Source: an uncultured delta proteobacterium (lineage in GTDB: Bacteria; Desulfobacterota; BSN033; UBA1163). Taken from it: a DNA stretch of 64,000 nucleotides. The stretch lies in assembly GCA_963708295.1 (NCBI GenBank), contig CAVPSJ010000013.1:96001-160000 (forward strand). Direction: 5' to 3'. The notes beneath the pieces are model-generated. The model had not been told where the DNA came from, ran no database searches, and saw only the letters and a program-made list of their open reading frames with translations. Positions 58,048 through 64,000 of this stretch are shown here, piece after piece (position 1 is the stretch's first letter; every line of letters starts with the position of its first letter). Both the position numbers and the translations under genes were made by a program.

Positions 58048-60159
58048 ATGAAAATTGAAACGACATTTTTCCGGAGCAAGGTCGCAATCCGGATTTTTGG
58101 GTTGTTTGTCTGCTGTGCGCTCCTTCCCATCGCAACCCTTGCAGTTCTGTCTTACAGCCAGGTAACCAGACAGCTCAACGAACAAACACAGAAGAGACTG
58201 AAACAGGCGGCCAAGGACGTAGGGGGGGGCATTTCTGAGAGACTCTATTTCCTTGGAAGCCAGATGAAAGAGACTGCCTCTAAATTGAGTATGGAGTCCC
58301 ATCCCACCCCTGCCCAAAGAGGGAGTGGGTTACTGAAAGAGGGGTTCAAAGGCCTCGTCATGGTAGTTGATCAGCACGAAAATGTTCTCCTTTTCGGGGA
58401 TATTCAACATATACCCAACTTAACGCCGGACCAAAAACAGTATATTCGATCCGGCGGCATCTGCGTGTGGAGTAAGCACTTTACAGATTTCAAGACACAT
58501 ATATTTATGGGCGTTGCTGTCGATCCCAGAAGCCCCGGACGAGGGATCCTTTTGGGAGAGATTTCCCCGGCATACCTGTGGGGTCCGACCGGCGAGCTTC
58601 CAATACCGGCATTGACAGAACTCTGTATTCTGGACCGGTGGAATCGTGTCATCTTTTCATCCCTCCCGGCACCGGCGGCGTTTCCCGAACAGGTAACGGT
58701 CCAAATGAGTCGGTCCATGCAGGGTCAATTCGAGTGGGAGCATGAAGAGAAAGAATACATGGCCAGTTATCGGACGCTCTCTCTTCCCGCTGATATTTCG
58801 ATGCCGAAATGGGCAGTGGTGCTGAGCGAATCGAAATCAGATCTGCTCGCTCCTGCAGCCCATTTCAAAAAGATCTTCCCTCTCGTCATCCTTCTGTCTG
58901 TGTGGGTGGTGTTGCTCCTCAGCATGGTGCAGATACGAAGGAGCCTGATCCCACTGGAAAAGCTTCGGGAAGGAACAAGGCGGATTGCCGCACAGGATTT
59001 CAACAGCCCGGTGACGATCAGGAGCGGCGATGAATTTGAGGAGCTCGGAGCATCTTTTAATACGATGGCGAGTCGTTTGGGCAAGCAGTTTAGCACCCTG
59101 ACGACGATGGGTAAGATCGATCGGGCCATTCTGTCGGCGCTGGAAACTGAAAAAATCATCGGGGTGGTGCTCACCCATATCCCCGACGTTTTCCCTTGCA
59201 ACCACGTCAGCGTGACTTTGTTGGATGACGACGGCAGGGTGACTGGCCGAAGGTACACTGAAAATGGCACGGCAGACAAAGAAACGGCGGTGGAGACGAT
59301 CGAGTTCCCGGCTAACGAGATTCAAGAACTCCTGAAGCATCCTGAAAGCGTAATCATCGAAGCCGGAGAGACGATTCCCAGCTATCTCGTTCCCATCGCC
59401 CAGAATGGCATCAAGACGTTTTTGGTCTTGCCGATCATTCTCAAGAAGAGACTGTCAGGATTGATGACACTGGGATGGTCCTTCGAATCGAAGATCCATA
59501 CCCAGGAAGATTTTGGTCGAGCCCGGCAATTGGCCGATCAGATGGGAGTGGCCCTTTCAAACGCCAGCCTCATCAGGGAATTGAATGAATTCAACTGGGG
59601 CACGCTTGAAGCCTTAGCCCGTGCTATTGATGCAAAATCTCATTGGACGGCAGGCCACTCCGAACGAGTCACGAAACTGGCATTGAAAATCGGCCGGATT
59701 TTGGGACTGCCCCAGGAAGAGATCGATGTGCTTCACCGGGCAGGGCTGTTACACGACATTGGAAAGCTTGGGATACCCATCGATATTCTTGACAAGGAGG
59801 GGAAGTTAAGCAAGAAGGAAGAACAGCTCATGCGGGAACACGTTCGTCTGGGGCTCCGTATTCTGGAACCCATTGCGGCGTATCACGAAGTCATGTCCGT
59901 CATATCGCACCATCACGAGAATTTTAACGGTGAGGGTTACCCCGACGGCCTCGTCGGAAAGGACATCAGTTTGGGCGGACGCATTTTTGCTGTTGCGGAT
60001 TCTTTTGATGCTCTGACCTCCAACCGGCCGTACAGGCAAGCACTGGACCGCGAGTACGCTACTGAGATGATCAAGCAGGGGAGCGGGAGCCGGTACGACC
60101 CGGATATCGTGCAGGCGTTTCTGCAGGTCATAGCGCAGGAAGGGCAAGGAGAGGAATAA
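58048..60159 (+). CDS. Membrane HD-GYP cyclic-dinucleotide phosphodiesterase (periplasmic Cache-like sensor, HAMP, GAF, HD-GYP)
   Basis: Two TMs; HAMP (PLEKL..GT…DEFEELG.SFN.M); GAF; GHSERV, LHDIGK, HHENFNG.GYPDGL and ADSFDALTS.RPYR motifs. Confidence 0.92.
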   Translation: MKIETTFFRSKVAIRIFGLFVCCALLPIATLAVLSYSQVTRQLNEQTQKRLKQAAKDVGGGISERLYFLGSQMKETASKLSMESHPTPAQRGSGLLKEGFKGLVMVVDQHENVLLFGDIQHIPNLTPDQKQYIRSGGICVWSKHFTDFKTHIFMGVAVDPRSPGRGILLGEISPAYLWGPTGELPIPALTELCILDRWNRVIFSSLPAPAAFPEQVTVQMSRSMQGQFEWEHEEKEYMASYRTLSLPADISMPKWAVVLSESKSDLLAPAAHFKKIFPLVILLSVWVVLLLSMVQIRRSLIPLEKLREGTRRIAAQDFNSPVTIRSGDEFEELGASFNTMASRLGKQFSTLTTMGKIDRAILSALETEKIIGVVLTHIPDVFPCNHVSVTLLDDDGRVTGRRYTENGTADKETAVETIEFPANEIQELLKHPESVIIEAGETIPSYLVPIAQNGIKTFLVLPIILKKRLSGLMTLGWSFESKIHTQEDFGRARQLADQMGVALSNASLIRELNEFNWGTLEALARAIDAKSHWTAGHSERVTKLALKIGRILGLPQEEIDVLHRAGLLHDIGKLGIPIDILDKEGKLSKKEEQLMREHVRLGLRILEPIAAYHEVMSVISHHHENFNGEGYPDGLVGKDISLGGRIFAVADSFDALTSNRPYRQALDREYATEMIKQGSGSRYDPDIVQAFLQVIAQEGQGEE

Positions 60160-60551
60160 TGAAAGTGGCGAGAGTATGGATCATCATCATCTGTCTCATG
60201 GTGTTATTTTTATGTCAATGCGGGAAGAAGACAACGGTTCCGGAAGGTTTGATCGGGGTATGGGAGACCACCGCGCCAACCTATGCGGATCGCTTTTTTG
60301 AGATCAAGACCGATGAGGTCATCTTTTCCACCGGGGAGGAAAAGTTCGACACCTATCCGATATCAAAGATGAAAATAGAAGAAGATCGTAAAGAACAAAA
60401 GACCCTATACATCATCTGCTATAAAAACGCGGCAGGGCAAGAATACAAGTTTTCCTTCTATTATGATCCGGGAAATCAGGGGACGATAAGATTCAAGAAT
60501 CAAAGCGAGATGGTTTGGACGAAGAAACCCCTCTCCTCCGCTTCAGAGTGA
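60159..60551 (+). CDS. Small hypothetical (lipo)protein
   Basis: Hydrophobic N-terminus ending LCQ|C, LIGVWET motif; start overlaps the HD-GYP stop (TAATG). Confidence 0.75.
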   Translation: MKVARVWIIIICLMVLFLCQCGKKTTVPEGLIGVWETTAPTYADRFFEIKTDEVIFSTGEEKFDTYPISKMKIEEDRKEQKTLYIICYKNAAGQEYKFSFYYDPGNQGTIRFKNQSEMVWTKKPLSSASE

Positions 60552-60733
60552 TCAAAAAACTCTGGCTAGCCGGTGTTGAGACGAAAAATGGAGTCCACTG
60601 ATCTGACGATAGCGTCGGTCCCATCCTTTATCGGGAGCCTTTAAGACATCAGGTCAACTTCAACTTCCCGTAAATATGCAATTGGAATCCATGGATGAGA
60701 GCGGAGTGGGCGAGGCACACGAGCTTTCAGGGT

Positions 60734-61603
60734 TCATTCTGTTTCAGAGGGTTTGATCGGGCCCAGGGTCGTTTTAACGTTTTCCAATGATAACTCCAAT
60801 ATGCCGAGATGCTCATAAACCACCTCAACCCCTTGCCTGATTTTTACGCCGGTTGGGATTCTAGGAGTTTTTTTCAGGAGAAATTCCTCGGAAGTCATCC
60901 AGACTTCGAGCTGCCTCATCTTCTCACGAATCTCCGGGTTCAAGGAAGCGGGGGTGGTCTTTCCCACCCTTTTTTCAAATTTTTCTTTTAGGACGGCGAC
61001 CACTTCCTCCCGAGAGGGGATCCTTCCTAATTCTCTCTTCATCGTGGTCAAATTTTCCTCCATTGTTCGATAGACCTTCTCTCTGAATTTTTCATCAGGG
61101 GCTCTCAGGATTCTGCTCATCGCCTCATAATTAAAATCGAGGAGGATCCCTCCGACAAAGACCATGCAATCACCAATATTCCCCCCGCCTTCCCCGGCGA
61201 TCTTTCTACCTCCTTTGGTAAGAATGTCATTGACCACTCGAAATTCGGCCTCAATTCCGAAGGCTCCATAAGTTTCCACCGGGGCCTGTGAGAACCAGGG
61301 GTAAATCTCGTCGATCGCCCTGGGAAATCTTAGGTTATCTTTTTTCCAGATGAGCTGATAGAAAATTTGATTTTCGTCCAGGTAGGTGGTTCCTCCTCCC
61401 ACCTCTCTTCTCATAAAGGGAATTCCGGCTTCCCTACAATATTTGACATCCACCTCCTGTGGGGCGTCCTGGAAATATCCGATGCTCACCAGAGGAATTT
61501 TAGGGGAGACAAGGACGAGGGCCTCGATGCCCATCCGGGCGAGGGCATGAAAGATGAGCATGGATTGCTGGCCAGGGAGCTTCCCCAGATCGAATAGGTA
61601 CAT
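60734..61603 (-). CDS. Lipoate--protein ligase family protein with a shortened C-terminal domain
   Basis: VSIGYFQ, RREVGGGT.Y.D, VNDI...GRKIAG.G motifs. Confidence 0.88.
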   Translation of the reverse strand: MYLFDLGKLPGQQSMLIFHALARMGIEALVLVSPKIPLVSIGYFQDAPQEVDVKYCREAGIPFMRREVGGGTTYLDENQIFYQLIWKKDNLRFPRAIDEIYPWFSQAPVETYGAFGIEAEFRVVNDILTKGGRKIAGEGGGNIGDCMVFVGGILLDFNYEAMSRILRAPDEKFREKVYRTMEENLTTMKRELGRIPSREEVVAVLKEKFEKRVGKTTPASLNPEIREKMRQLEVWMTSEEFLLKKTPRIPTGVKIRQGVEVVYEHLGILELSLENVKTTLGPIKPSETE

Positions 61604-61725
61604 ATCTTCCTCGCTTTCTCCGGTATAGCGACCGCCGTCAATGTGTTAACATGTTCCCGAGAATTTTTCAAAACGAAAAAAGAAAAGAAGAAAAGAAAAG
61701 AAGAAAGAAAAGGGAAGTGTTCCTC

Positions 61726-62565
61726 TTATTTAAGCTTTTTGCGGTCGGAGATGACAGTCATGGAAGAGGTGAAGATATGGAGAAGTTTGCTATGGGGAAT
61801 ATAGATAATCCATATGAGGCTGGGAACGACATGGAAGTACCAGAGGAAGTCGGCATTGATTTTCACATCTCTGAGGAATTGGGATATAAAGTAACCCCCA
61901 AAGGAAATCCAGTTATTGGCGCTGGCAGGTGTGAAGTTAGCCAGGTAATTATGTGCCTCGACGACTTCATGATGTGCGATGCGGTAACCCTCAATAAAGA
62001 AACCGGAAAGTTCCAAGAAAAGGAGGAAGAGCAATGTGGTCACATCCTCTTCTTCTGTCCGGAGCTGATCCGGGCGAATCGCAAAGCGGCGAACAATGGC
62101 CATGAGGCAGCCCACCAAAATAAGGAAGCTGAAGAATTCGAGGAAGAAATCGAGAAAAGGACGGATTGCACCGGTCTCAAAGACATGGGCGAAAGAAAGG
62201 AATGGTATGCGGTGACTCAGTTCCACGAGATACCCTGTGGTAAACCCCTTGATCATATCGACGACGAAGGTGGCGATGAATCCAAACACCAGTAGCGTAT
62301 GAGCGAGCCAGCGATAGAAGGATTGGCCGAAAAGTTTTCGATGGAAGATGACCTCTGTGATAAAGATTTTTACGTACCATCCCGGCCTCATCCAAAATTC
62401 CTTCCAGCCTCTCCGGATATAAATCTTGAGTTTCTCCCATTTGGTGGCCTTCTCTGCCCCTTCGAGGCCTCCTTCCAGCCAGATGCTGACATGGAGACCC
62501 ATCCCCCAGACGAAGAAAATCATCGTTGGGAAGAACATGACGTAGAAGATCAGGTGTTTGTCCAT
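61726..62565 (-). CDS. NarI/HdrE-like membrane cytochrome b subunit
   Basis: Several TMs; WLAH...FGF, A..RRF, SGF.IEG.R, W.FH and P.SKLLHIF motifs with candidate heme His ligands. Confidence 0.85.
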   Translation of the reverse strand: MDKHLIFYVMFFPTMIFFVWGMGLHVSIWLEGGLEGAEKATKWEKLKIYIRRGWKEFWMRPGWYVKIFITEVIFHRKLFGQSFYRWLAHTLLVFGFIATFVVDMIKGFTTGYLVELSHRIPFLSFAHVFETGAIRPFLDFFLEFFSFLILVGCLMAIVRRFAIRPDQLRTEEEDVTTLLFLLFLELSGFFIEGYRIAHHEVVEAHNYLANFTPASANNWISFGGYFISQFLRDVKINADFLWYFHVVPSLIWIIYIPHSKLLHIFTSSMTVISDRKKLK

Positions 62566-62577
62566 AAAGGTTTTTCC

Positions 62578-62968
62578 GCCACAGAGGCACAGAGATCACG
62601 GAGGATTTAGTTTTTTATCCAATCGGGACATACCGATTGGATAAAAAGCCCATTTCTCAGGCTCTAATCCGCCACAAGGCGGCTGAGGCTTTTCCATTTG
62701 CCGTCGTCTCCCGGCAAATGGAAAAAACACCATTCCTCTGTATTACTGACGTGAAGAATTTTGAAATTTTATTAAGCAAAAACTTTTTCCTAACACTTTC
62801 CCCTCCCCCTTCGACGGGGGAGGGTGAGGGTGGGGGTGGACAAAATAGAAACCTTTGGTCCCCCCTCCCCATCATCCCCTCCCACGAAGGGGAGGGGAAA
62901 AAACTTTAGAAAGTTTTGTTTGGTTGCGGCTATGCTGCGCTGTGCCCTCTGTATCTCTGTGGTGAGAC
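62578..62968. repeat. CACAGAG/CTCTGTG-type element enclosing two inverted CCCCTCCC...GGGAGGG REP-like units
   Basis: ccacagaggcacagagatcacggag ... ctgtgccctctgtatctctgtggtg; nested units at ~62800-62897. Confidence 0.75.
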
Positions 62969-62974
62969 CCGAAT

Positions 62975-64000
62975 TCATTTCATATTCCTCAGCACGAACT
63001 CCGTGATGTCCATGGCGCTGATGGGAATCTCTTTTCTTCGTGCCGTGGTTAAGATGGTCCGGACGCATTGCTGACAGGCTGTAATGACCGTATCCGCCCC
63101 CGTCGCCTGGATCTGGTTGATCTTCTCTTGGGCTAAGGCAGCTGAAAGTTCCGGGTCCACCATTTCCAGATTGCCCCCTCCACCACAGCATTTGCACTGT
63201 TCCCTGTTGTTTTCCATCTCAGTTAATTCCACACCGGGAATGGAGCGGAGAATCTCTCTCGGGGCTTCATAAACCCCGCTTGCCCTTCCCAAATCGCACG
63301 GATCATGGTAAGTCACTTTTATCTTCTTTTCCTTGAAAAGGATTTTTCCTTCGTCAATCAGTCTCTTGATAAATTGGGTGGAGTGGAAGATATCGACGTC
63401 GGTCTTGTATTCCTCCATCCAGGTATGGTAGCAGGAGGGACAAGCGAAGACCACTCTTTTCACGCCCTTTTCCTTCACCATCTCCAGATTATGCTCGATT
63501 AATACCTCTGCTTCCTTTTTCATCCCCGCGCCGATCAGGGGGAACCCGCAGCACCACTCCTCTCCACCCAGGAGCGTGAAATCCACTTTTGTTTTATTGA
63601 GGATTTCAACGAAGGCTAAGGGAATCTTCTGTACCAAGGGGAAGAAGGAGGCCACGCACCCCACAAAAAAAGCAGTCTCGGCCTTCTCTTTCTGATATTG
63701 GTGGGCAGGGAGTTCCTCCAGGAACTCCAGCCACTCTACCCTTTCTTCGTTTTCATCTCCGGAGACATTATGGGCCTTCAGGACATTTGCCTTCAGTCGT
63801 TTCGCTGCTTCTGGAAAATGGCCCATCTCTACCAAGGTCTCCCGAAGTGCGGTCCAGAGATGTTTGGCATCGATGGAAACCGGACAGCTTACGCTGCACT
63901 CCCCGCAGAGGGTGCATCGATAGACCATCTCTGAGAATTTCTTCAGTTTTTCCTCATCCAGCTTCTTCGGGCCGAAAATCTTGGCCCAGAGTCCGTACTG
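62975..64000 (-). CDS. HdrD/GlpC-like Fe-S oxidoreductase (5' part lies beyond the window)
   Basis: CTLCGECSVSCP plus two CCG domains (FVGC..EWCCG..CPSC; YHDPC.LGR..CCGGGG..CQQC); the frame is open to the window end. Confidence 0.92.
   Translation of the reverse strand, partial: QYGLWAKIFGPKKLDEEKLKKFSEMVYRCTLCGECSVSCPVSIDAKHLWTALRETLVEMGHFPEAAKRLKANVLKAHNVSGDENEERVEWLEFLEELPAHQYQKEKAETAFFVGCVASFFPLVQKIPLAFVEILNKTKVDFTLLGGEEWCCGFPLIGAGMKKEAEVLIEHNLEMVKEKGVKRVVFACPSCYHTWMEEYKTDVDIFHSTQFIKRLIDEGKILFKEKKIKVTYHDPCDLGRASGVYEAPREILRSIPGVELTEMENNREQCKCCGGGGNLEMVDPELSAALAQEKINQIQATGADTVITACQQCVRTILTTARRKEIPISAMDITEFVLRNMK

Noticed and set aside
61674-61713. Purine-only AAAAG-rich tract
   Set aside because: It is a low-complexity intergenic tract with no complementary arm or further evidence of function.
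648-62968. Short tandem intergenic repeats as a possible CRISPR array
   Set aside because: There are no constant 23-47-nt repeats separated by unique spacers, and no cas genes.
24677-64000. Selenocysteine (in-frame TGA) recoding in the redox enzymes
   Set aside because: The oxidoreductase ORFs read through their expected Cys motifs with no internal TGA.

Overview
This 64-kb window looks like the chromosome of an anaerobic, deltaproteobacterial-type (Desulfobacterota-like) bacterium; the taxonomy is inferred from gene content. 1-24.6 kb is mostly housekeeping: argB-argD-argG, leuS-lptE-[efp-epmA-THUMP methyltransferase]-holA, rpsT, murJ, rpmB, rel/spoT, a HlyD/ABC exporter and ttcA. 24.7-39.5 kb is a co-directional nicotinamide/nicotinate catabolic cluster. 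It encodes a signal-peptide-bearing nicotinamidase, an XRE-cupin regulator, a TRAP transporter, a CoA-acylating MMSDH-like dehydrogenase, nicotinate dehydrogenase S/F/fused LM, enamidase, 6-hydroxynicotinate reductase, an ApbE-like UPF0280 protein and DUF1185. The Eubacterium barkeri lower pathway is absent from the cluster, which suggests a direct 2-formylglutarate to glutaryl-CoA route. 39.5-54.7 kb holds an M42 peptidase, dinB, a branched-chain 2-oxoacid:ferredoxin oxidoreductase operon, and an acetoacetate-CoA ligase with an 88-aa KKP[SL] histone-H1-like N-terminal extension. 55-64 kb holds an unknown lipoprotein/LolA-like pair, a predicted sigma54-driven orphan pseudopilin + HAMP/GAF/HD-GYP + lipoprotein operon, and an HdrD-like/NarI-like/lipoate-ligase cluster. 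About 20 gene junctions carry bipartite short-period palindromic repeats, often with other palindromic units nested inside. A dense run of mostly +1 frameshifts at 26.4-29.4 kb is probably sequencing error. I recognised no rRNA, tRNA, CRISPR array or autonomous transposase.
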